From Capsulimonadaceae bacterium (GTDB taxonomy: Bacteria > Armatimonadota > Armatimonadia > Armatimonadales > Capsulimonadaceae): a stretch of DNA of 64,000 nucleotides. The notes under the pieces were generated by a model, which was given only the letters and a program-made list of their open reading frames with translations, was not told the DNA's origin and searched no databases. The position numbers were made by a program, and so were the translations under genes. The DNA is taken from contig OZ244065.1 in the NCBI GenBank assembly GCA_965215505.1, positions 1,248,001 through 1,312,000 on the forward strand, in the 5' to 3' direction. Below are positions 1-9,215 of this stretch, one piece after another (within the stretch, counting starts at the first letter, position 1; each line of letters opens with the position of its first letter).

Positions 1-2
1 CC

Positions 3-638
3 GTCACGCAGTACATCCAGGATGCCGACGAACGGCTCCCGTTCGGCGAGAACTGGCGGCCGTCAGTTGACCAGTGCGGCCTCAAGTACCAGGTGAATCC
101 GTTCCTCAAGGCCAACGCGGTCTGGCTCTGCCCGAGCGACGGCACCTGGGCGAAGAACAACCCCGATGTCGGTCGCTCCTGTGACACCAACCCTCAGCCC
201 TGTTCAAGTTTCCCCGCTGGCAACAGCTACGGGTCGGAGATCGACTTCTGGTACGACAGCCACATCTGGACCCTGGCCGCGTTCGCGGACACCCAGCAGG
301 TTAACAATCACAACGGCTCGCTTTCCTACAGGACGGGCGTTGACCCCAACGGGGCCTGCACGGGTGGTGCCAGTGGGTCAGAGTTCCGCGATGGAACCAA
401 CACCCTTGAATCGGGCCAGACCCGGAGCGGCGTCTCCCTGTCCCAGATCCAGAACCCGACCACCAAGGGCCTGGTCTTCGACGAGCAGGGCTGGCACGAG
501 GGCGACCCGAACACCAACAGCGCGGTCAACGGCGGCCGACGCAACATGGCGTTCTGCGACTCCCACGTCAAGTATGTGCGGTTCGCGGACATGATCTCGG
601 ACCCGGACGGCGGGCTGAACGAAGTCATGCACCAGTAG
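3..638 (+). CDS. DUF1559/prepilin-type protein, 5'-truncated by the window edge
   Basis: Frame is open upstream of the track start (VTQYIQDADERLP...). Contains WLCPSD and a C-terminal H..NMAFCDSHVK (H-X9-DG-like) motif. Paralogous to 6460-7293. Confidence 0.85.
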   Translation, partial: VTQYIQDADERLPFGENWRPSVDQCGLKYQVNPFLKANAVWLCPSDGTWAKNNPDVGRSCDTNPQPCSSFPAGNSYGSEIDFWYDSHIWTLAAFADTQQVNNHNGSLSYRTGVDPNGACTGGASGSEFRDGTNTLESGQTRSGVSLSQIQNPTTKGLVFDEQGWHEGDPNTNSAVNGGRRNMAFCDSHVKYVRFADMISDPDGGLNEVMHQ

Positions 639-906
639 AGCTGATTCCTGGTCTTTCATACTACCTCCTACCTTGCCGCAGTTTGATGAAGCGTGATTAA
701 GAACGCTAGTCATCAGATTGCGGCAAGCCGGCACAAAGGCATTGGCGGATGGGGTGGCATGGGCTGCCCTTTTTCGTTTTCTTGTCCCCTGAACGCGACT
801 TAGAAGACGAGCCATAAAAACACCCGGCCACAAACTATGAGATTGTAGCCGGGGTAGTCGGTGCAGAGCGTTAGAGGATGCTTTGCAGTTCATCGCCTCC
901 AGCGGA

Positions 907-1452
907 TCAGGCTCCTGTGTTGTATTTCAGGTTGTAGATCCTAGGGATCTGACCGCCGAGGAAGTATTCGATGTAGCGCCATGACCCAACGGGGCCGCCG
1001 TTGGTCGCTGAGTCGCTACAAAAGTAAGTGTATGGACTGCCGTTGTCGTGCGAGCCGTTAAAGGCTGTCCAATGGACCAGGTCGTTCGAGACAGCGATGA
1101 ATGGGTAGCCAGGGTTACCTGACAGGTTGAAACTCGCGTCACTGATCGTCATGGACTCGCCGAGATCGCACATTACATAGACGCCCGGTTGCTGGCCTGA
1201 GCCGCTATAACCGGCGTCAGCCGTCGTCGTTACGGCGTTGGGTGGAGGAGCCATGGCGCCCCCTTCGGCCCACCCGATGGTCCAGGCGACGAACGTAGGC
1301 ACTGGCTGGTCTGGTTGGGGGTTGATGATGATCCCGGACTGTGCCTGGACCACTGGAGTGTTGGCGAGGAAAGCAAAACCGAGCAGAAGCCCCAGAACCA
1401 AGAGCCGAACGGAATGAGATATTGTGCGAGGTGAGACGAAACGAGAGGTCAT
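907..1452 (-). CDS. Secreted protein with a discoidin/F5-8 type C-like beta-sandwich
   Basis: Signal peptide ending VVQA. Motif spacing YVMCDLGES...IAVSNDLVHW...RYIEY is discoidin-like. Lower GC than flanks. Confidence 0.55.
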   Translation of the reverse strand: MTSRFVSPRTISHSVRLLVLGLLLGFAFLANTPVVQAQSGIIINPQPDQPVPTFVAWTIGWAEGGAMAPPPNAVTTTADAGYSGSGQQPGVYVMCDLGESMTISDASFNLSGNPGYPFIAVSNDLVHWTAFNGSHDNGSPYTYFCSDSATNGGPVGSWRYIEYFLGGQIPRIYNLKYNTGA

Positions 1453-1624
1453 TTGTTTTCTCCCCTAAAAGTGCCTCAGAGGCATTGAACGCTTCGACAG
1501 TGTTTCAATTTCCTTTCCTATGGAAGTCACTTGGCGGAAAGCGAAAAATTGTAATCCGCCTCGCTTGTGTTAGACGATACCCAGCTAGACAATCTCTCAA
1601 TCACATCAATTAGATTACCTGTGT

Positions 1625-2851
1625 ATGTCCCCCTTGACGCCACCTCACCTGAACAACACGACGCCCATTGCGCCCCGCCGCATCGCCAAGCGGGACCGGC
1701 TATTGATCGCGTTCAGCGCGCTGGCCCTGGTCGTTGCGTGCGTCTACATCGGGTGGTCCTGGAAGGCTTGGACTCAGCCGGGGATGCGCTACTACGAGCA
1801 GGGCATGGACTATGCCGCCGCCAAGCATTACGACCTGGCGGAGCAGGCCTGGATCACCGGGACTCAGAAGGACCCGCGCGCCTGGCAGTGCTACGCCCAG
1901 CTCGGGGCGCTGTACGACCAGGCGAAGCACCCGGCGCAGGCGGCCTACGCCTATGACGCCGCCACCAAGATCGTGCCGGACAGCGGCGACCTGTTCCTCA
2001 GCCTGGAACGCGCGCAGACGGCGGCGGGCAATCTGGACGCCGCCTATGCGGCGGCGAAGCGGGCGACGGCGTTGCTGCCCAATTCGGCGGCGGCGGCGGG
2101 CGACTACGGCCTTCTGGCTTCCGGCAAGCACCGCGACATGGACGCCATTGCCTCCCTGCATCACGCCCTCTCCCTCGACCCCGGCTCGGCCAAGTACCTC
2201 ATCGCGCTGGTCGCATTGGAGATCAGCAACCTGGACCTGACCCGCGCCGAGAGCGACCTGGCCCCCTACCTGAAGGCGCACCCGGAGGACTACCAGGGCC
2301 ACTACTACATGGCGGTCATCCTGAACCAGAAGCCGCGCACGCCCGACAACGTCCGCCGGGGCATCGAGCAGGCGGAACTCGCCCTGCCCCACATGATCCA
2401 CGACCCGCACGGCTATAACCTGATCGGCCTTCTTTTTCTGGCGGCCGGGCGGACGGAGGCGGCGTACCGCGCCTTCCTGGAAGGCTACAAGATCGACCCG
2501 CATTCGCAGGCGATGCTGCACGGCCTTCTGGACTGCGACATCCGGCGCGGGGACACGAAGGAGGCCGCGCTGATCGGCACGCGGCTGGAGATGGAGGCGA
2601 CGCGGGCCAACCAGATAGACCACCTGAAGCACGTCCTCGGCTACAACCACAAGGACACGGCTTCCATGCTGGAACTGGCCCGGCTGTACGAGCAGACCGG
2701 GCGGCGGCAGGAGGCATTCGGCCTGTTCGTCCAGTCGCTGCACGAGACGCCGAACGACGCGCGGATACGCCCGGCATTTTCGGCGTTCCTGCTCCGCTCG
2801 AAGCAGCCTGCCATGGCGAAGCAGATCCTGCGCCCGGACTTCATGCCGTGA
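1625..2851 (+). CDS. Membrane-anchored TPR protein
   Basis: N-terminal TM helix followed by many TPR helix pairs (e.g. DPRAWQCYAQLGALY). Confidence 0.85.
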   Translation: MSPLTPPHLNNTTPIAPRRIAKRDRLLIAFSALALVVACVYIGWSWKAWTQPGMRYYEQGMDYAAAKHYDLAEQAWITGTQKDPRAWQCYAQLGALYDQAKHPAQAAYAYDAATKIVPDSGDLFLSLERAQTAAGNLDAAYAAAKRATALLPNSAAAAGDYGLLASGKHRDMDAIASLHHALSLDPGSAKYLIALVALEISNLDLTRAESDLAPYLKAHPEDYQGHYYMAVILNQKPRTPDNVRRGIEQAELALPHMIHDPHGYNLIGLLFLAAGRTEAAYRAFLEGYKIDPHSQAMLHGLLDCDIRRGDTKEAALIGTRLEMEATRANQIDHLKHVLGYNHKDTASMLELARLYEQTGRRQEAFGLFVQSLHETPNDARIRPAFSAFLLRSKQPAMAKQILRPDFMP

Positions 2852-2900
2852 GCGGGGGGCGCAGGGCTGGGGCGACGCGCCGGGGCCGGGCGACGCGCCG

Positions 2901-3072
2901 GGGCCGGACAGGCTAGAACGAGTGATTGAAATCACTCGCTGACATGGGACCTGTCCAGGGGACAGAAGAAAGAGACAGAAGAAAACAGCCGCGCTCTTTT
3001 TTCAACTTGTCCCTTGGACAAATCCTACCGGAGCGAGTGATTTTAATCACTCGTCCCAGCCTGTCCCGGCCC
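2901..3072. repeat. Nested imperfect palindrome (REP/REPIN-like element)
   Basis: Left arm ggacaggctagaacgagtgattgaaatcactcgct...tgtccaggggaca is mirrored by tgtcccttggaca...agcgagtgattttaatcactcgtcccagcctgtcc. Each arm has internal hairpins. Confidence 0.75.
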
Positions 3073-3225
3073 GCTCTGGTCCGCTCGCCCGGCCCGCTCA
3101 CCCGCTCTAAAACCCGTGACAGCCGCTGCGTATTATCGGCCTGTAACGAGGGAGCCGGGCGATCTCTAAGGCCGGTCTACGGCTCTCATGCACACTCTCA
3201 GGACTCCCGAAACGATGCCCGCTCC

Positions 3226-5055
3226 ATGTTGACAAGACGACACTTCCTTTACGCCCTGACGGGCGGCCTGGTCACCCTCGCGGGCTGCAAAAGCAAGACC
3301 CCCGACCCCGCGCAGACACCGTCCCTCATCTCGATCGGGACCGTCATTGACCCGGCGGTTGCGGCGGCCAGCCGGCAGATCACCCGCCTGCCGGTCCGGT
3401 TCGCGGATGTGTCCCAGTCGGCCGGGCTGCGCTGGACCTACCAGAACGGCGCGACCGGCCACGCCCTGCTGCCGGAGGACACGGCGGGGGGGGTGGCCTT
3501 CCTGGATTACAACAACGACGGCCTGCTGGACATCTTCGCCCCGCAGGCGGGACCCGTGCCCGGCGCGGCCGATGCGGAAAAGAACTTTTCCAAGCAGAAC
3601 GTGTTGTACCGCAACAACGGGGACGGCACATTCACGGACGTGACGGTCGGGTCGGGGCTGGAAACGATCCCCGGCTATGGACAGGGCGTGTCGGTCGCCG
3701 ACTACGACAACGACGGCTGGCCGGACATCTATGTGACGGCCATCGGCGGCAACCACCTGTTCCATAACAACCGCAACGGCACGTTCACGGATGTGACGGA
3801 GAAGGCGGGCGTCGCCGACAAGGACTGGCTGGGGCATCCGGACGAGGCCCCCTGGCCGCTGAGTTCCGCCTGGGGCGACTACGACAACGACGGACGGCTG
3901 GACCTGTTCGTCTGCCACTACTGCCGCTGGACTCGGGCGCTGAACCACGACTGCAAGGACGCTGCGGGCCACTTGAGCTACTGCCGCCCGCAGGTGTACG
4001 AGCCGAGCCACTGCCGGCTCTACCACAACAACGGCGACGGCACGTTCACCGACGTCAGCCGGCGGATGGGCCTGGACAAGCTGGACGGCAAGAGCATGTC
4101 GGCGGCCTGGATAGATTACGACGACGACGGCTGGATGGACCTGTTCGTCACCAACGACACCATGCCCAACTTCCTGCTCCACAACAACCGGGACGGGACG
4201 TTCACCAACAAAGCCACCGTGGCGGGGGTCGCCTTCAGCGAGCAGGGCATCGCCGTTTCGGGCATGGGGATCGGGATCGCGGACTACCTCAATGAAGGCC
4301 GCGCCGACCTGTTCGCCGTCAACTTCTCCGGCGAGGCCAAGTCCATCTTCCACAACATCGGCCACGGGGTCTTTGAGAGCGCGTCCGGCTCGTCCGGGCT
4401 GGCCGCCACGAATTTGCAGTTCCTCGGCTTCGGGCTGGAGTGCTTCGACTACGACCTCGACGGCTGGCAGGATTTCGTCGTGGGCAACGGGCACGTCCTG
4501 GGGGAAGAAGACGCCCACAACGACGCCTCCTCGTTCGCCCAGAGCCAGCAGTTGTTCCACAATGGGCACGACGGCACCTTCGCCGAAGACCTGCACTCCC
4601 TGGGCGACCTGGCCCGCCCCCGCGTCACGCGCGGCCTGGCCGTCGGCGACTTCGACAACGACGGCGACCAGGACGTGCTGATGGTCTCGCAGACCGGCCC
4701 CTTGCAGCTCTTCCGCAACGACGGCGGCAACCAGAACCGCTGGGTCACCCTGCGCCTCGAAGGCGTTTCCAGCAACCGCGATGCCGTCGGAGCCAAAGTC
4801 ACCCTCCACACGCCGCAGGGGCGGCAGACGCAGTGGGTGCGCGGTGGGTCGAGCTTCGCCTCCCACAGCGACACGCGGCTGACGTTCGGGCTGGGGGAGG
4901 CGGGGCAGGTACTATCGGGGGAAGTGGTATGGCCGGGCGGCGCAGGTGGGCCGCACGCGCAGAAGTTCGGGCCGCTGGCGGCGGGTGCCTTCTACTGGCT
5001 GCGTCAGGGGCAGGCACCCCTCCCCGACCCGCGCGTCCAGCCAAAGAAGGCCTAA
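3226..5055 (+). CDS. CRTAC1/ASPIC-UnbV family FG-GAP beta-propeller protein, Tat lipoprotein signal
   Basis: Start reassigned to MLTRRHFL (twin-arginine, LAGC lipobox). Repeated DYDNDG motifs. C-terminal SNRDAVGAKV...GGSSFASHS..LTFGLG UnbV motif. Confidence 0.9.
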   Translation: MLTRRHFLYALTGGLVTLAGCKSKTPDPAQTPSLISIGTVIDPAVAAASRQITRLPVRFADVSQSAGLRWTYQNGATGHALLPEDTAGGVAFLDYNNDGLLDIFAPQAGPVPGAADAEKNFSKQNVLYRNNGDGTFTDVTVGSGLETIPGYGQGVSVADYDNDGWPDIYVTAIGGNHLFHNNRNGTFTDVTEKAGVADKDWLGHPDEAPWPLSSAWGDYDNDGRLDLFVCHYCRWTRALNHDCKDAAGHLSYCRPQVYEPSHCRLYHNNGDGTFTDVSRRMGLDKLDGKSMSAAWIDYDDDGWMDLFVTNDTMPNFLLHNNRDGTFTNKATVAGVAFSEQGIAVSGMGIGIADYLNEGRADLFAVNFSGEAKSIFHNIGHGVFESASGSSGLAATNLQFLGFGLECFDYDLDGWQDFVVGNGHVLGEEDAHNDASSFAQSQQLFHNGHDGTFAEDLHSLGDLARPRVTRGLAVGDFDNDGDQDVLMVSQTGPLQLFRNDGGNQNRWVTLRLEGVSSNRDAVGAKVTLHTPQGRQTQWVRGGSSFASHSDTRLTFGLGEAGQVLSGEVVWPGGAGGPHAQKFGPLAAGAFYWLRQGQAPLPDPRVQPKKA

Positions 5056-5107
5056 CGGAGCGCCACCGGAACGATTCCCCTACCCCATCGGGTATATTTT
5101 CACTGCC

Positions 5108-6328
5108 ATGCGCCCTCCGCTTCAAAACCCCACCCCGTCCCCACAGTCGCCGTCCCCGCAGTCGCCCACACGCCGCGCCGCCGTGCCGGCCCTGCTCCTG
5201 GTGATCCTCGCCGCCCTGGGATTCACCGCCTGGTCGTGGCACCAGAGCAGCCGCCCCGGCGCGGCCCACCTGCGGGCCGGGCAGGAGGCCGCCGCCGCGC
5301 ATCAGGACGCGGAGGCCGAGCGGGAGTGGCGTCAGGGGGTTCAAGAGGACCCTGCTTTCGTGGACGACCACGCGGAGCTTGGCGACCTGTATCTGCGCGA
5401 GCTGCGGTTCGAGGAGGCCGCCGCCGAGTACCGGGCGGCGGTGAAGCTCGCGCCGAATGACGGCACCCTCTTTCTGCGCCTCCACCACGCGGAGCTTGGG
5501 GCGCACGACCCGCAGGCCGCGCTGGAGGCGATCCGCCGCGCCTCCGACTTGCGGCCCGACGACCCCGATGCGGCGGGACTGTGCGGCCTGCTGGCCGCGC
5601 GGCTCCAGAACCGCCCGGTCGCGCTGACCGCCCTGCGCCGCGCGCACGCCCTGAAGCCCGCCGACAGCGACTATGCGCTCGAGCTGGCCCGGCAGGAGAT
5701 GGACAGCCTGGACATGGCCGGGGCCGAGCGGGACCTGGCGGCCTTCCTGAAGGGGAACCCGGACGACGGCGAGGCGAACCGCCTGATGGCATTGCTTTAC
5801 AAGCAGAAGCCGCCGACGCCGGGGAACATCCAGGCCGCGCTCGCCCTGGCGGGCCGCGCCCAGAAGTCCCTCCCGGACAGCCCGGACGTCTATTTGCTGC
5901 AAGGACAGCTCCGGCTGGCCGCCGGGGAGACGGGGGGGGCGCTGGCGGCGTTCCAGAAGGCCCGGAGCCTCAACCCGAACGCCGAGGAGATCCTGAGCGG
6001 CCTGGTGACCTGCTACACGCGCCTGCACGACACGGCCCGAGCGGCGGCCACGGCGGCCGAGCTGCAAACGCTGACGGCGCGGGCGGACCGGCTGGAACAC
6101 CTGAAGACGGCGGTCCAGCGCGACCCTTCCGACAACGCCGCCCGGCTGGAGCTGGCCGGAATGGAGGAAGAAAGCGGGGACTTCCCCGCCGCCGCCGGCG
6201 ACTATCTGGCGGCCGTGCGCCGCGCCCCGAACGACCCGAAGGCGCGGGCCGCCCTGGCCTCTTTTTACGCCCGGCACCGACGTCAGATCGTGCCCCGGAG
6301 CGTGCCTCAGAGCGCCGGGAGCGGCTGA
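5108..6328 (+). CDS. Membrane-anchored TPR protein (paralog of 1625-2851)
   Basis: Start at MRPPLQ. TM helix plus TPRs. Shares the ISNLDLTRAESDL/MDSLDMAGAERDL and QKP(R/P)TP motifs with the paralog. Confidence 0.85.
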   Translation: MRPPLQNPTPSPQSPSPQSPTRRAAVPALLLVILAALGFTAWSWHQSSRPGAAHLRAGQEAAAAHQDAEAEREWRQGVQEDPAFVDDHAELGDLYLRELRFEEAAAEYRAAVKLAPNDGTLFLRLHHAELGAHDPQAALEAIRRASDLRPDDPDAAGLCGLLAARLQNRPVALTALRRAHALKPADSDYALELARQEMDSLDMAGAERDLAAFLKGNPDDGEANRLMALLYKQKPPTPGNIQAALALAGRAQKSLPDSPDVYLLQGQLRLAAGETGGALAAFQKARSLNPNAEEILSGLVTCYTRLHDTARAAATAAELQTLTARADRLEHLKTAVQRDPSDNAARLELAGMEEESGDFPAAAGDYLAAVRRAPNDPKARAALASFYARHRRQIVPRSVPQSAGSG

Positions 6329-6360
6329 ATCCTGGCCGCGCTCATTTTTTTATGAATCGC

Positions 6361-6389
6361 TTGACAAACCGCCCGAGACGTGCTATAGT
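6361..6389 (+). promoter_or_regulatory. Sigma70 promoter for the DUF1559 gene
   Basis: TTGACA-17 bp-TATAGT with extended -10 TG. RBS AAAGGAG at about 6444-6450. Confidence 0.85.
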
Positions 6390-6459
6390 GTGACACGCCC
6401 GAAAAGACTAACCCAGCCAGGATAGCCGTAAGGGCAGTAACACAAAGGAGCAAATTAAG

Positions 6460-7293
6460 TTGCAGAAACGAAAAGGATTCACGCTCATCGAGTTGCTCGT
6501 CGTCATCGCCATTATCGCGATTCTCGCCGCCATTCTCTTCCCCGTCTTCCAGAAAGTCCGTGAGAACGCCCGCCGCACGACCTGCGCCTCCAACGAGAAG
6601 CAGATCGGCATCGCCTTCACGCAGTACATCCAGGATTCCGACGAGACGACGCCAGGCAGCACCCAATGGGGCTACGGCTGGGCCGAGAAGATCCAGCCGT
6701 TCATCAAGGCGAAGGCCGTGTTCCAGTGCCCCGACGACACCCACGCCGTCTCGGCCACGCCGATCTCGCCCTCGGTCAACCCGGACACGCCGATCTCCTA
6801 TGCCCTGAACGGTTTCATCCGGACGGGCTGCAACAACAACCTGTGCAATGGGGCAAACCTCTCGCAGTTCAACGGCCCTTCCAACACGGTCCTTTGCTTT
6901 GAGTCGGCCCACAACGGCCACAAGGCCGTCAACCAGTCCGGCGACATCAACGACCCGAGCTGGGATGCCCACACGACCGCTAAGGGCGTCGCCCTGGACG
7001 TCTGCTCGCACATCGGCTACGACTCCCAGGACGGCAACGACGCCCACCCGGCGATCGGTGACGTCTACCAGGGCATCAGCAACGAGTCCTGGCATGACAA
7101 GGACAACGGCTCCCTGAACTGGCTGGCGGTTGACGGTCATGTCAAGTATCTTAAGAAGGCCCAGGTCTCCGGCGCGATGCCGAACTCCGGCCCGAACGGC
7201 CCGAACACCTCCTACAACGGTATCGGAGACGGCGGCCGGACGGGTGCCAGCAGCCCTGGCCCCTATGTGATGACCTACAGCCTCTCCAAATAG
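6460..7293 (+). CDS. DUF1559 prepilin-type N-methylation domain protein with H-X9-DG C-terminus
   Basis: [34 protein letters not shown]...[10 protein letters not shown]. Confidence 0.92.
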   Translation: MQKRKGFTLIELLVVIAIIAILAAILFPVFQKVRENARRTTCASNEKQIGIAFTQYIQDSDETTPGSTQWGYGWAEKIQPFIKAKAVFQCPDDTHAVSATPISPSVNPDTPISYALNGFIRTGCNNNLCNGANLSQFNGPSNTVLCFESAHNGHKAVNQSGDINDPSWDAHTTAKGVALDVCSHIGYDSQDGNDAHPAIGDVYQGISNESWHDKDNGSLNWLAVDGHVKYLKKAQVSGAMPNSGPNGPNTSYNGIGDGGRTGASSPGPYVMTYSLSK

Positions 7294-7310
7294 AAGTATT
7301 CGGATGCTCT

Positions 7311-7355
7311 AAAGGCCGCCGGGGACAGTATCCTGTTCCCCGGCGGTCTTTTTCT
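7311..7355 (+). terminator. Intrinsic terminator
   Basis: ggccgccggggacag/ctgttccccggcggtc stem followed by a T-run. Confidence 0.8.
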
Positions 7356-7379
7356 GTGTTCAGGGAAACAGACCATTCT

Positions 7380-9194
7380 ATGCTCACTCGACGCCACTTT
7401 TTGCATGCGCTGGCCGGGGGTGCCTTGACGCTGGCCGGGTGCAAGACTAGGTCCGGCCCGCCGGGCGGTACGCCCGCCGTCGCCGTCACCACCGTCGTTG
7501 ACCCCAAGGCCGCCGCCGCCGCCCCCCTGCTGACCAGGCACCCCCTCCAGTTCACCGACGTCAGCGGCCCCGCCGGGCTGCACTGGGCCTACCGCAACGG
7601 GGCGACCGGGAAGCACCACATGATCGAGACGACCGGGGGGGGCGTCGCCTTCTTCGACTACAACAATGACGGGCTGCTGGACATCTTCGCCGTGCAGAGC
7701 GGCCCGGACCCCGGTGCCGGCCCGGCTGAGAAGGATTTCCCTACGCAGAGCGTGCTGTACCGCAACAACGGGGATGGCACATTCACCGACGTGACGCAAG
7801 GCTCCGGGCTGGGGGGCAACCTCGGGTATGGGCAGGGGGTCACGGTCGCCGACTATGACAACGACGGCTGGCAGGACCTCTACGTCACGGCCTACGGCGG
7901 CAATCACCTGTTCCGCAACAACCGCGACGGCACTTTCACGGACGTGACTGAGAAGGCTGGCGTCGCCGACCTCGCCGCCGAGCTGCCCTGGCCCCTCAGC
8001 GCCGCCTGGGGCGACTACGACAACGACGGGCGTCTGGACCTGTTCGTCTGCCACTACGCCCGCTGGTCCCTCGCCCTGGACAAGCCCTACGAGAACGCCA
8101 CCGGGAAGATGGCCTACGACCGGCCGCAGGTTTACCAGCCGAGCCAGGACCGGCTGTACCACAACAACGGCGACGGCACGTTCACGGACGTGACGCGGCG
8201 GGCGGGGCTGGACAAGCTCAAGGGCAAGAGCATGTCGGCGGTCTGGATGGACTATGACGAGGACGGGTGGCAGGACCTATTCGTCACCAACGATACCATG
8301 CCCAACTTCCTGCTCCACAATAACCGCGACGGGACGTTCACTGACCGGGCGATCCTGGCGGGCGTCGGGCTGGACGACCAGGGCCGGGCCGCCTCGGGCA
8401 TGGGGCTTGGCGTGGGCGACTACCGGAACGACGGGCGCGAAGACCTGTTCGTCGTCAACTTCGCGGGCCAGTCCAAGTCCGTCTTCCATAACCTGGGCGG
8501 CGGCGTCTTTGAAAGCGCTTCCTACCACTCCGGCATTCAGAGTACGAATCTCCAGTACCTCGGCTTCGGGCTGGAGTGCTTCGACTACGACCTCGACGGC
8601 TGGCAGGACCTGATCGTCGGCAATGGCCACGTCCTGGACCACATGGACGAGAGTACGGCCGGCTCGTCCTACGCCCAGAGCCAGCAGTTGTTCCACAACG
8701 GGCGCGACGGCACCTTCGCCGAAGACCTGCACTCCCTGGGCGACCTGGCCCGCCCCCGCGTCACGCGCGGCCTGGCCGTCGGCGACTTCGACAACGACGG
8801 CGACCAGGACGTGCTGATGGTCTCGCAGACCGGCCCCTTGCAGCTCTTCCGCAACGACGGCGGCAACCAGAACCGCTGGGTCACCCTGCGCCTCGAAGGC
8901 GTCCAGTGCAACCGGGACGCGCTGGGGGCGAAGGTGACGCTGCTGACGGACCAGGGGAAGCGGACGCAGTGGGTCCACGGCAGCTCCTCCTACTGCTCCC
9001 ACAGCGACACGCGGCTGACGTTCGGGCTTGGGGAGGCGGGGCGGGTGCTGTCGGGGGAAGTGCTGTGGCCTGGCGGCGGGGGGAAGGGAACCAGGACGCA
9101 GAGGTTCGGGATGCTGGCGGCGGGTGCCTTCTACTGGTTGCGTCAGGGCCAGGCCCCGGTCCCGGACCCGCGCGTCAAGACGAAGCGCGCCTGA
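7380..9194 (+). CDS. CRTAC1/ASPIC-UnbV family protein, Tat lipoprotein signal (paralog of 3226-5055)
   Basis: MLTRRHFL...LAGC, DYDNDG repeats and UnbV C-terminus. Confidence 0.9.
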   Translation: MLTRRHFLHALAGGALTLAGCKTRSGPPGGTPAVAVTTVVDPKAAAAAPLLTRHPLQFTDVSGPAGLHWAYRNGATGKHHMIETTGGGVAFFDYNNDGLLDIFAVQSGPDPGAGPAEKDFPTQSVLYRNNGDGTFTDVTQGSGLGGNLGYGQGVTVADYDNDGWQDLYVTAYGGNHLFRNNRDGTFTDVTEKAGVADLAAELPWPLSAAWGDYDNDGRLDLFVCHYARWSLALDKPYENATGKMAYDRPQVYQPSQDRLYHNNGDGTFTDVTRRAGLDKLKGKSMSAVWMDYDEDGWQDLFVTNDTMPNFLLHNNRDGTFTDRAILAGVGLDDQGRAASGMGLGVGDYRNDGREDLFVVNFAGQSKSVFHNLGGGVFESASYHSGIQSTNLQYLGFGLECFDYDLDGWQDLIVGNGHVLDHMDESTAGSSYAQSQQLFHNGRDGTFAEDLHSLGDLARPRVTRGLAVGDFDNDGDQDVLMVSQTGPLQLFRNDGGNQNRWVTLRLEGVQCNRDALGAKVTLLTDQGKRTQWVHGSSSYCSHSDTRLTFGLGEAGRVLSGEVLWPGGGGKGTRTQRFGMLAAGAFYWLRQGQAPVPDPRVKTKRA

Positions 9195-9215
9195 CGCGGC
9201 GTGGCCGGGGGCGGG

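Noticed and set aside
3133-3140. GCCGATAA box on the minus strand upstream of CRTAC1
   Set aside because: No matching -35 element and no gene downstream in that orientation.
2926-3225. N-terminal extension of the first CRTAC1 ORF
   Set aside because: It runs through the palindromic element. The paralog and the Tat motif indicate a start at 3226.
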